Shown here: positions 28,939 to 38,402 of the stretch, in pieces | How the letters are laid out: each line of letters opens with the position of its first letter | Position numbering within the stretch: position 1 is the first letter of the stretch | Source of the DNA: an uncultured Erysipelotrichaceae bacterium | GTDB taxonomy: Bacteria > Bacillota_I > Bacilli_A > RF39 > UBA660 | Direction of reading: 5' to 3' | Length of the DNA: 58,312 nucleotides | Assembly: GCA_902801525.1 (NCBI GenBank) | Contig: CADCIN010000006.1 | Coordinates: 1-58,312 of the forward strand | Made by a program: the position numbers and the translations under genes | The notes under the pieces: model-generated | What the model saw: only the letters and a program-made list of their open reading frames with translations | Database searches by the model: none | What the model was told of the DNA's origin: nothing

Positions 28939-29412
28939 TTAATATTCCTTATCAAATGATTTACCATCATAAATCTTAACATCTTGTCTTGAATTATAAT
29001 TAGTTAAATTATCTTTTTTGTAGTTAGATTCTAATATTGCATCAATATTAGTAGATAACTTAGCAGAAGAACCATTAAATGAAACAGCAGAATCAGAATC
29101 TACTTTAACACTTACTTTAGGTGGAACTTCATTTAAATCATAGAAACGAACATCATATTCTCTAGTATTATCAACAGATTCAGCAAATCTTCTTAAAAAT
29201 GATTCAACAAATTTATCACTATCCATTCTAATAACACCGTTTACACTATAATAATTAAAATCTCTTGCATCAAGCATTGCTGCTTCTGTAGTTTCTTTAA
29301 CTAAATAATAATCTAATTCACTACCAGTGTTAGCACTTGTAATTAAATTAATTAATACAAATGCCATAGCTGATAGTAAAATAATTCCAACTGATAAAAT
29401 AGCTTTATTCAT
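28939..29412 (-). CDS. DUF5411-like pseudopilin
   Basis: N-terminal hydrophobic helix, YYLVKETTEAAM.DA, F...F...F, PPKVSV. Confidence 0.6.
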   Translation of the reverse strand: MNKAILSVGIILLSAMAFVLINLITSANTGSELDYYLVKETTEAAMLDARDFNYYSVNGVIRMDSDKFVESFLRRFAESVDNTREYDVRFYDLNEVPPKVSVKVDSDSAVSFNGSSAKLSTNIDAILESNYKKDNLTNYNSRQDVKIYDGKSFDKEY

Positions 29413-29415
29413 AAA

Positions 29416-32277
29416 TTAATTTTCTCCTTTACAATCATCTCTTACATCATTTTTAGAAAAATGATTACAAGCAAGTTTTCTTGTTCTAACAGGTGTAATT
29501 ATACCTTTACCTCTAAATAAAGGACTTTGATAAGTACGAATTCCATTTTCTACTATGTAAGAATCAGAATCAGAAGCAAAATCACTTAATTTTTTATACT
29601 TATTATAATCACGAATCTTTTTTAAATCTTCTTTAGTTAATTTAAATTCATACTCTAAATAATCATCTGAATAAACTTTATCTTTTAAATTTTCAATTCT
29701 TTCTTTAATAACACTAGGTTTAACTAAATAATCTGAATTATTTAGATTCTCAGCTTGTCTTGTCCAGTTAAATCCAATATCATCACTACTTCTACTTTGA
29801 ATAGTCTCTGAATTAGTATTAAATAAATTTCCGTTGTTTACAGATCTCCAAATGAAATCATCTGTTTGTGGATTTGGATTCTTTGTACAAGCTTCTTCAG
29901 AACCACTAGTATTATCATCTTTAGAATTCTTTATACTATCTGTAGATTTACCAGATGCGAAGAAACAACCAAGGTCAATATCCCATTTAAAATTATCATT
30001 AAATTCTGACCAATCAAAGCCAAAATTTTTAACTGAAGCAGTAATATTATATTTAATACTATCAGTTATTTTTTTATAAACCTTACTATTTGAATTTTCA
30101 GGAATCTTTGAACAACCATACTTTTCGTCATCTTCTTTAACTAAAGTATTCGTATACCAATTAAACCAAGTTTCATTTACAGTGCTCGAATTTAATGGTA
30201 AACAAAATTTATTAGTTCTGACCCAACCAGAATAATCTTTAGGTCTTTGTGTAGTTCTATCATTATGTTTAAAATCAACATATGAATAAGGTAAATTCCA
30301 TTCTAATAAGTATTTATTTTCTTCATCTTTATTACCATAGCACTTAGAATAATCATATATAACACTATCATTTCTAAATGGATAAGATCTTTGGCCATCA
30401 ATTTTATTTGTTAAATAAGTTTCATCTTTATCATTAGTAGCATTTATTTTAACAGTAACTTCCTTAGTATGTTTAGAACATGTTACTGTACCTGTACAAC
30501 TCTTTATTGTTTCATTATATAATTTCATATCATCATCATATTTTTTTTGATCAAAATAAATAGCAGTACCTAATAGTTCATCAGGACAAGAAACATTATT
30601 ACCACGATTACCAGATGAATCATATGCTTCCCATGTACAAGTCTCTTTACAGTTGCTAGCTCTTAAGAAACCGTCTCTAGTATAGTAATATTGACCATTG
30701 CGCAAAATACCCCAAAAACCATTATATGGATGACCAGCCAAATTAGTAAGAGCACGATAAATACGATCTTTTGTTCTAAAATATGCAGAACCAATAGAAC
30801 TATATAAATCATCAGTTACAGATTTCCAAACAATTGAATTACCATTCCAATAATAATAACCATTTTTTTTATAATATTCAATAAGATTTCCATTATTATC
30901 ATAACTAGCATATCTATTAATAATAGAATCTAAATCATTAATCTTAATCTTACAAAAATCACCAGTACATGAAGTTTCATAACCGTCAGGTGATATATCA
31001 ATTCCTAAATTAGTAACTGAATATGTATCAAAAACATTTGTTAATTTATTAGCTTTATTATTTTTTTGTTTACCATACACTTTTTTGTAACAAGTATTTA
31101 TACATTTTTGACTGTACTTACCACCATCACATTTATTTACACAATTATCAAATTCTTCACTTGGACCTGCCTGATCTTTTGTTTTTTCACTAATATAATT
31201 ACAGCTACCAACAACTGAACAACCAGGTATATAGTAATTAGTAATTACCGGTTTAGGAGCTTGCATATTAACATAACCACAAGTAACTTCACTATCAACC
31301 TTAACACGATATTGGAAACAAGCTCCAGCTTTTACAGCAACAGGTGCACCATATCTAACAGTTAATTTTTCAGTACATTTCTTTGTACATGTAAATGTTT
31401 GGCCCTTAGAACCTGTTTTATTAATTACTACTTTCTCATTAGTATGATAGTATCTTTTTGTATTAGCTTCCAAATAATACTTATCACCATCTAAAGGATT
31501 TGTATTATGTTTTTTATCACTAGCCCATGAATCTGACTCAAAACTAGAAGTGCGACTTAATCCATTACGTGCCCAGGGATCACATTTTAAACTAATTTTA
31601 CCATTATTAACAAGTGTAAAGCCATTAGTATTAACATTATTCATTTTTTCTATATTAGCATCAATCTTTGATTGAGTATCATAAAACTTAAAAAAAGATA
31701 TAATAGAATTTACTAACTGTAATTCACTAATTGGCTTATCTGATACACTATCACATAATGATATAAAGTCTTTATCATTTAAAACATCAGATTTATGAGG
31801 ACCAAATAAAGTTAAAGAACTTTTAATATTATTTTTAGCTCTGTCATTGCTTATTGAATTAATAATATCACTATAATTACCATTTTTAAAGCCATTACAA
31901 ATATTAACAGCTTTTTGATTATTAATTTTAGTTGTTTTAATTGATTGAAAACTTGCTGGAAAAGTAAATTCACAATTAGAATAACTAGCAATTAATGTAA
32001 AGACGCAATCTTTATCATTAGGGCAAGTAAATGTCACCTTGTCACCAGCATTTACTGAACCTTTTTCATTAGTTTCATCACCATCAATATACTTTTTAAT
32101 TTCATAATCAGCATCAACTTTAGGAGAAAAAATTAAGTTTCTACCCTTTTGACTAAACACGTCTTCTTCTGGAGCACAAGCATTTGTTTCAGCATTAACA
32201 ATACTATAATTACATAAAGTAAAAATACATATTAAGCTAAATAAAACAACCCCTATTCTATGCTTTATTATTTTCAT
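29416..32277 (-). CDS. Large Cys-rich secreted protein, putative adhesin
   Basis: Signal peptide ending VNA; about 30 Cys, several CxxxC pairs; no C-terminal TM. Confidence 0.75.
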   Translation of the reverse strand: MKIIKHRIGVVLFSLICIFTLCNYSIVNAETNACAPEEDVFSQKGRNLIFSPKVDADYEIKKYIDGDETNEKGSVNAGDKVTFTCPNDKDCVFTLIASYSNCEFTFPASFQSIKTTKINNQKAVNICNGFKNGNYSDIINSISNDRAKNNIKSSLTLFGPHKSDVLNDKDFISLCDSVSDKPISELQLVNSIISFFKFYDTQSKIDANIEKMNNVNTNGFTLVNNGKISLKCDPWARNGLSRTSSFESDSWASDKKHNTNPLDGDKYYLEANTKRYYHTNEKVVINKTGSKGQTFTCTKKCTEKLTVRYGAPVAVKAGACFQYRVKVDSEVTCGYVNMQAPKPVITNYYIPGCSVVGSCNYISEKTKDQAGPSEEFDNCVNKCDGGKYSQKCINTCYKKVYGKQKNNKANKLTNVFDTYSVTNLGIDISPDGYETSCTGDFCKIKINDLDSIINRYASYDNNGNLIEYYKKNGYYYWNGNSIVWKSVTDDLYSSIGSAYFRTKDRIYRALTNLAGHPYNGFWGILRNGQYYYTRDGFLRASNCKETCTWEAYDSSGNRGNNVSCPDELLGTAIYFDQKKYDDDMKLYNETIKSCTGTVTCSKHTKEVTVKINATNDKDETYLTNKIDGQRSYPFRNDSVIYDYSKCYGNKDEENKYLLEWNLPYSYVDFKHNDRTTQRPKDYSGWVRTNKFCLPLNSSTVNETWFNWYTNTLVKEDDEKYGCSKIPENSNSKVYKKITDSIKYNITASVKNFGFDWSEFNDNFKWDIDLGCFFASGKSTDSIKNSKDDNTSGSEEACTKNPNPQTDDFIWRSVNNGNLFNTNSETIQSRSSDDIGFNWTRQAENLNNSDYLVKPSVIKERIENLKDKVYSDDYLEYEFKLTKEDLKKIRDYNKYKKLSDFASDSDSYIVENGIRTYQSPLFRGKGIITPVRTRKLACNHFSKNDVRDDCKGEN

Positions 32278-33067
32278 TTTCAACATCTCCCTCTAAAATC
32301 TTACTAATTTTTTTATAGTTAGATTTTTTAGTTATTTTATATTTATTTCTAAACTCATTCTTATGAACTAATCTAGCATCTATTTTAAACATATAATCAG
32401 AATATTCACCAAACATTCTTGTACATGTTAATAAAGTAATGACCTTATCATCTTTTGATACAGAAACATCATATTTATAAAAACTATCTTTTAATGATTT
32501 ATTAATATATTTATTTAATTCATCTTTACTAAAACTATTCGAATAATAATCAACATCACTATCATGAACAAATGATATAGAAAATATTTTATAAACATAA
32601 TCTCTACCATCAATAGTAAACTGAACATATTCATTATCTTTAGCAAAGTCATAATAAACAAAAGAAAGTAATTGTTCAAATCTTGTATGATTTTTATCAG
32701 TAATAAGAGGCTGTGAAGAAGAATTTAAAATATTATGTCCTATTACAAACATTCTATTTTCCAATTTTTTACTATTCTTATTAGTCCAAAGAAAATCATC
32801 TAAATTAAAAGAATCAACCGAATAATCATCTGAATTATAAATAACCGGATAATTAATATTAGTTCCTTGAACCTTTAACCAACCAACAACATCTGTATCA
32901 AACTTTTTCTTATTAACTGTATTATTTACACTCTTAATACCACTTGTAAATATTTTAGGATATAAAATATTTTTAATAGTGAAAAAAGAAAGAATAATTA
33001 TTACAATAATACACAAAATCAAAGAAAAAACTTTTAATTTTTTCTTTGAATTATTCATCTTTTTCAT
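32258..33067 (-). CDS. srtB: Class B sortase
   Basis: N-terminal TM, DVVGWL.V.GT.INYPV, GHN (His), YKIFS, TLLTC (Cys). Confidence 0.85.
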   Translation of the reverse strand: MKKMNNSKKKLKVFSLILCIIVIIILSFFTIKNILYPKIFTSGIKSVNNTVNKKKFDTDVVGWLKVQGTNINYPVIYNSDDYSVDSFNLDDFLWTNKNSKKLENRMFVIGHNILNSSSQPLITDKNHTRFEQLLSFVYYDFAKDNEYVQFTIDGRDYVYKIFSISFVHDSDVDYYSNSFSKDELNKYINKSLKDSFYKYDVSVSKDDKVITLLTCTRMFGEYSDYMFKIDARLVHKNEFRNKYKITKKSNYKKISKILEGDVENENNKA

Positions 33068-33077
33068 TAAATCACCT

Positions 33078-34841
33078 CTATTTAACTATAATATAAGGAT
33101 TATATAAAGTACCATTTCCACTCTTAATAGTAACGTCATTTTTTAAATAAGTAACCAAACTCACATCATATTCTTCATCATCATAATTAATATAATTTAA
33201 ATCTCCATTAGAAGAAGTATTAAATGACACATTTTTATTTTTGGAAGAATTAATCATCCAACATCCTTTACAAGAAGTAGAAAATAAATCATAAATATTT
33301 GCTGCTGCAATATTAGTTTTATATGTATCTTCTCTCTTATGATCATTATATTTAGCATATTTATTATAAACAGGAACTTTAATATTTTTCTTAGCTAAAT
33401 AAGAAGTATCTAAATTTTTAGTCATATCATTAGATATAAAATATCCAACATTACCTTTAGTTTTAGGATTATAAATCTTTACTTTAGAATCATTATATTT
33501 TGTAGAAATAATACTGTAATTAGAACTTAATATAATCTTTGAAGTACTATCTACATCTTTTTCAATAAATCTCCAAATCGAATTTGAATATCTAATATAT
33601 TCACCTGTATTAATTGTATTAACTTTATCTCCAGGATTTGCTTTTTTACTTGATTCAAATTTATAAGGACTAGTTATTGTACCATTTCCACCAGTTAATA
33701 ATATGTTACCTTTAATTGCAATCATAGGATAAATAGCATAATTATAATTATTACCAAGTGAAATAAATCTCTTGCCATAACTATCGCCCACAAAAACATT
33801 TTTTGTAATTAAGATTTTATTATCTTTTGTATTAGGTAATATAGTTAATACTCTAGGTGACAAGTAAGAAAAACCATCTTTATCATATGAATTATTATAA
33901 TCAACAATAGAAGGAATATATACATTTCTTGCTTTTGTATATTTACTACACTTAGTAGTATTTAAATCATTAACTTCACCAGTACAATATTTACTCTTAA
34001 CTACATATTTTTTAGCAGAATTTGATAAATGATCATAAAAATTATCAGACCAGTTATCTATACCATCATAATCAATATAAGAAATAGCATCATTGCTAAC
34101 TATTTTGACATTACCATTTTCATCCACACCATATATTCTAAATAACATATTAGAAAACTCAATATAATTATTATTAACATTACCTTTATAAGTATTACCA
34201 TTATTTGTATCTTTCTTAATAACATTTTTAAGTCTTAATACAACTTTAATATTTCTAGTTTTAACTGTTTTGTTATCTAAACTATCAATAGCAGTATATT
34301 TAATCTTATAAGTACCAATTTTATTAGTATTAACCTTACCAGTAATATCAACTTCTTTAGTATTAATTTCACCATCTGTATTATCACTAACTTTTTTAAC
34401 ACCAAGTTCTGTATACTTATCACCTTTATTAATAACTATTGAATCTTTTCCATTAAGCTCAATATTAGGGCCATCATGATCAACTATTGATGAATATATA
34501 CCACATCTTAAATATGTATAATATTTTAAATTACCAGATTCATTTTTAATTTTAACAAAACTTGAATCAACATTACATAACTTACTAGAAAGGGGCACTT
34601 TTAAATCATTTTCAATTAATTTAGCACTATATAAAGTAGAAAGTTTAATAGTTCTAACTCTACTTCCTGTAGGAGCTAATTCACTATTAACTTCTAAATA
34701 TCTTTTTGCAGCATTTAATAAAACCTTTTCATTATTCTTAAACTTAGCAAATGGATAAATAACAAATAAACATAAACAAAAAATAACTAAAGCAAAAATA
34801 ATAATTAATTTTAAATTTTTCTTTATCTTCTCTAATTTCAT
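33078..34841 (-). CDS. Surface protein: pilin-like domain, DUF5011/Ig-like domain, two DUF6273-like repeats
   Basis: TM; D..GP.I.L.G...DNTDG...GTY.I.Y.A.DS..N Ig motif; two GNGT..PY-ending repeats. Confidence 0.75.
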   Translation of the reverse strand: MKLEKIKKNLKLIIIFALVIFCLCLFVIYPFAKFKNNEKVLLNAAKRYLEVNSELAPTGSRVRTIKLSTLYSAKLIENDLKVPLSSKLCNVDSSFVKIKNESGNLKYYTYLRCGIYSSIVDHDGPNIELNGKDSIVINKGDKYTELGVKKVSDNTDGEINTKEVDITGKVNTNKIGTYKIKYTAIDSLDNKTVKTRNIKVVLRLKNVIKKDTNNGNTYKGNVNNNYIEFSNMLFRIYGVDENGNVKIVSNDAISYIDYDGIDNWSDNFYDHLSNSAKKYVVKSKYCTGEVNDLNTTKCSKYTKARNVYIPSIVDYNNSYDKDGFSYLSPRVLTILPNTKDNKILITKNVFVGDSYGKRFISLGNNYNYAIYPMIAIKGNILLTGGNGTITSPYKFESSKKANPGDKVNTINTGEYIRYSNSIWRFIEKDVDSTSKIILSSNYSIISTKYNDSKVKIYNPKTKGNVGYFISNDMTKNLDTSYLAKKNIKVPVYNKYAKYNDHKREDTYKTNIAAANIYDLFSTSCKGCWMINSSKNKNVSFNTSSNGDLNYINYDDEEYDVSLVTYLKNDVTIKSGNGTLYNPYIIVK

Positions 34842-34852
34842 AAATATCTCCC

Positions 34853-36424
34853 TTATTTTAAAACATAAACATATTTTTTGTTTCTAATAGTAATATTAAT
34901 TTTAATAGACTCTGAACTAACTAACTCATCTGGAACATAAGTATATAAATACTTTCCATAATAATTTGTTTCAATTGGATTTTCAACTGCTATTTTCCTG
35001 TTACTACCTTTACTATCTTTATATACAATTTTACCATATTTAGATAAAATGTCAATCAATTCTTTACCATCAGAGTAATCAGATGAAAAAGAAATTTTCA
35101 TAATCTTTTTACCAGGTATACTATTAACATTTAATTCAGAAACTTTACATTCATCAAATGTACAAACATTCTTATAATAACTTGCATTATCACCAAAAAC
35201 ATAATCTCTTAAAGTAAAATCATAATCATCATCAAGTAAACCAAAAGAAATATTTTCATTCATTTTTTTCTCTTTTTGTTTAATTATTTTAGATACATCT
35301 TTAACTTTAATCTTAATTTTTCTAAGTTGTGTCATATTAAATCCATTAATTTCTTGATAATATAATACAAACTTATCATTTTCTAAATCTTTAGAAACTT
35401 TATAAATTAAAGTAAATTTAGATGTTTGACCACTTCTTAGTGTAAAATTATCAACTATATTATCAAAATCTTCAAAATCAGTCGCATAATTATCAGAAGT
35501 ATAAGTATATGAATCTACGCCATTTTTAATATGGAATTTATTAAAGTCAACTTCTCGATCATCATTAATAAGATTTTTAATATTAACTTCTAGTATTAAA
35601 AACTTATTATTATGATCAATTACATTTCCTGTATAATCTTTATCTGTAATATATGCATTACTAATATTAATTAAAAAATTATTAGATTGAAAATCCTGTC
35701 CTTGTTTATAAACCTTATTAATAATAAATATATTTCTGTAAATTAAAAATGAAATAAATAATAAACCTATAAATAACGAAAAACTAATTTTAAATTTATG
35801 TTCTTTATATACATAAGTTAAATTTCTAAATAATCTTTTAATACTTCTTTTAATAGAATGTTTATCAAATTCAAAGTTAATTTCAATCTCTTCTCTATCT
35901 TCACTACTAAGATCCAAATATTCTTTATCATTTTGAAAACTGAATTTGGAAAGATCAAGTCCAATAATTCTAACAAGTAAAAATACAAATACTGGATAAT
36001 TTAAGAAATATGTTATAAAAAATAAATCTCTAAGCGCTCTTATATTTGTTGTATCAGACATATTTCCTGTATAACCAGTAAAAAAGTTATATGTAAATAT
36101 ACAAGTTAAGCCAAATAATAAATAAGTTCCAATTGGAAGTATATATAACTTCCAAGGTTTTTTCTTATATCTTAAAAGAAATAATAAAACTCCAAACAAG
36201 AAAAAAAGTAAAAATAAATCCAGTACAAGCCATATATTAATATACTTACTAATTGGATCACTTATTTGATCATAAGTTTGAAACTCCATAAATTGTCTTA
36301 CAAAGTCTCTTAAAGTTATATTAATATAAAATATAAATACAGATAATATTAATAAAGCAATATGAATCTTACGAAAATGTTTTATTAAAAATGCATAAGG
36401 TTTTCTAATAATCATATTAAACAC
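34853..36424 (-). CDS. Multi-TM membrane protein with extracellular beta-rich (DUF4352-like) domain
   Basis: About 5 TMs, then KFLILEVNIKN-type strands; first gene of the long co-oriented run. Confidence 0.65.
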   Translation of the reverse strand: MFNMIIRKPYAFLIKHFRKIHIALLILSVFIFYINITLRDFVRQFMEFQTYDQISDPISKYINIWLVLDLFLLFFLFGVLLFLLRYKKKPWKLYILPIGTYLLFGLTCIFTYNFFTGYTGNMSDTTNIRALRDLFFITYFLNYPVFVFLLVRIIGLDLSKFSFQNDKEYLDLSSEDREEIEINFEFDKHSIKRSIKRLFRNLTYVYKEHKFKISFSLFIGLLFISFLIYRNIFIINKVYKQGQDFQSNNFLINISNAYITDKDYTGNVIDHNNKFLILEVNIKNLINDDREVDFNKFHIKNGVDSYTYTSDNYATDFEDFDNIVDNFTLRSGQTSKFTLIYKVSKDLENDKFVLYYQEINGFNMTQLRKIKIKVKDVSKIIKQKEKKMNENISFGLLDDDYDFTLRDYVFGDNASYYKNVCTFDECKVSELNVNSIPGKKIMKISFSSDYSDGKELIDILSKYGKIVYKDSKGSNRKIAVENPIETNYYGKYLYTYVPDELVSSESIKINITIRNKKYVYVLK

Positions 36425-36482
36425 TCCTATTTTATTCTTATTTAATTATAAAACAAAAAGGTAAAAAAAAAAAGACTAACGT

Positions 36483-37328
36483 CTAATATTTTTTAAGTTT
36501 AAATTCTAAATATCCATACAATTTATAAGTTTTAAAAGACTTAGTATAATACCTAGTATTTTTTAAAATAGATAAGTAATAATTACTTTTAAAATCATCT
36601 TTAAAATCCAAAAAATTATACTTTTTATTATTAAATTTAACAATAATTGCATTACTATAAAAATAATCATATCCAAGTTTAATTAACTTATCGCTAGATT
36701 CACTCACATCACATACTTCTCCATCAAATATATCTTTTAATATGTACTGATCAAAATCATAAATACTATCATAACTACTATTATATTTATTATTATAATA
36801 ATCTAAATAATAAGAATCTAAACTAGTATAACCATTATCTTTAAGTTTAGAATTTATCATATTTTCATCAAGTAAATTACAAGAAAATTCTTTTTTAAAA
36901 AGACTTTTTATTGCATCATTATAACTTCTATTAAAGTAGTATTCTCTATATATTTTACTATTATTACTAACAAGTCCAGTATCATGTATATATTTAGTAT
37001 ATCTATTTAAATCATCAGGCATAATCTTAAGTGTTTGCCTCTTATACTTGTATTTATATTTTGATAAATTATTTATATTTATTCTAATATCTAATTTATT
37101 AATATCAGTATTAATTAAACTATCATTAACTAATTCAAATATATGAGGAACAAGTACAATTTCTTTTTTATTATAATTCTTATTTATAATAAATTTAACT
37201 TTTATTAATCTTTTATTCTTATTAAAAGTTATTTTCTCATCAATACCTCGACTTGTATTAGAATATCCATATGTAATTGTATAACTAAATAAATATAATA
37301 ATATTAGTAAATAAAATAATTTCTTCAT
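36483..37328 (-). CDS. Hypothetical secreted protein
   Basis: MKKLFY signal-like N-terminus with GGAG RBS. Confidence 0.65.
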   Translation of the reverse strand: MKKLFYLLILLYLFSYTITYGYSNTSRGIDEKITFNKNKRLIKVKFIINKNYNKKEIVLVPHIFELVNDSLINTDINKLDIRININNLSKYKYKYKRQTLKIMPDDLNRYTKYIHDTGLVSNNSKIYREYYFNRSYNDAIKSLFKKEFSCNLLDENMINSKLKDNGYTSLDSYYLDYYNNKYNSSYDSIYDFDQYILKDIFDGEVCDVSESSDKLIKLGYDYFYSNAIIVKFNNKKYNFLDFKDDFKSNYYLSILKNTRYYTKSFKTYKLYGYLEFKLKKY

Positions 37329-37395
37329 AAAAATCTCCAAAAAAAAACTTATAAATTAATTATAAGTTTAATAACATAAATATTTTGTCGAATAA

Positions 37396-37872
37396 TTATT
37401 TAATAGCTGTAATTTCAACTTCATAAGAACCATTTGGAGAATTAACAGTAACCACATCTCCTACTTTATGATTAAATAAAGCTTGTGCAATTGGACTTTC
37501 ATTAGAAATTCTACTTTCAAATGGATCAGCTTCTTGACTTCCAACTATCTTGTATTCATCTTCATCGTCATCATCTACATATTTAATTGAAACTGTATTT
37601 CCGATTCCAACAAAATCAGTAGAAACTTTAGAAATAATTGAAACATTCTCAAGCATTTTTTCGATTTGTTTAATACGTCCTTCAATTTCAGCTTGTTCAT
37701 TACGAGCAGCATCATATTCTGCATTTTCTGATAAATCACCTAAGCTTCTAGCTTCTTTAATAGCTTGAACATTTTCTGGTCTTCTAACATTTATTAAATT
37801 ATCTAATTCTTCTTTTAATGAATCTAACCCTTCTTGAGTTAAATATACTGTATTATCTTTTTTACTAGCCAT
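37396..37872 (-). CDS. greA: Transcription elongation factor GreA
   Basis: GDLSENAEYDAA, ISNESPIA. Confidence 0.98.
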   Translation of the reverse strand: MASKKDNTVYLTQEGLDSLKEELDNLINVRRPENVQAIKEARSLGDLSENAEYDAARNEQAEIEGRIKQIEKMLENVSIISKVSTDFVGIGNTVSIKYVDDDDEDEYKIVGSQEADPFESRISNESPIAQALFNHKVGDVVTVNSPNGSYEVEITAIK

Positions 37873-37933
37873 AATATCACCTCATAATCATAATAACGTT
37901 TTAAATTTTACTATATAAAAACCTGTTTGTCAA

Positions 37934-38347
37934 TTACTTTTTATATTTTGGTTTTTTTGAATTAAACATTTCAGCTCTAGTATTTAAATATAGATTAAAT
38001 TTATTAAATGAATAATTTTCAAGATAACCAGGTAAACTAGGATTAGAACCTTTATTCTTATCAAATTCTAGTTTATTTAAATCATTTAAATCAGATTTAT
38101 TGATACATAAAGTACCTTCAAAAAAATTAATATCTTGTTTAGCTCTTTTAGCAGAAAATTCATCAAATACATATTTTAACTCATCTGATGAATAACTAAA
38201 TACGTTAACATTAACGTTAGATATTAATTCTCTAACAGTATCTTTGTCACTATCATGTTCAACAATAATTAAATCAACAGGATTAGCTTGTATAATACTA
38301 TTGATATCAGAAACCTCATATAAATTTACTTTGTATAAATTTTTCAT
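37934..38347 (-). CDS. Orphan hypothetical protein with basic C-terminal tail
   Basis: GAGGGGG RBS, own promoter; ends SKKPKYKK. Confidence 0.75.
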   Translation of the reverse strand: MKNLYKVNLYEVSDINSIIQANPVDLIIVEHDSDKDTVRELISNVNVNVFSYSSDELKYVFDEFSAKRAKQDINFFEGTLCINKSDLNDLNKLEFDKNKGSNPSLPGYLENYSFNKFNLYLNTRAEMFNSKKPKYKK

Positions 38348-38373
38348 ATTATATACCCCCTCAAAGTGACCAA

Positions 38374-38402
38374 ATTATATCATATATTTTTTTTTTTGTC
38401 AA
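38374..38402 (-). promoter_or_regulatory. Consensus sigma-A promoter with poly-A spacer
   Basis: TTGACA-17 nt-TATAAT with TG; 11-nt homopolymer at 38387-38397. Confidence 0.75.
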
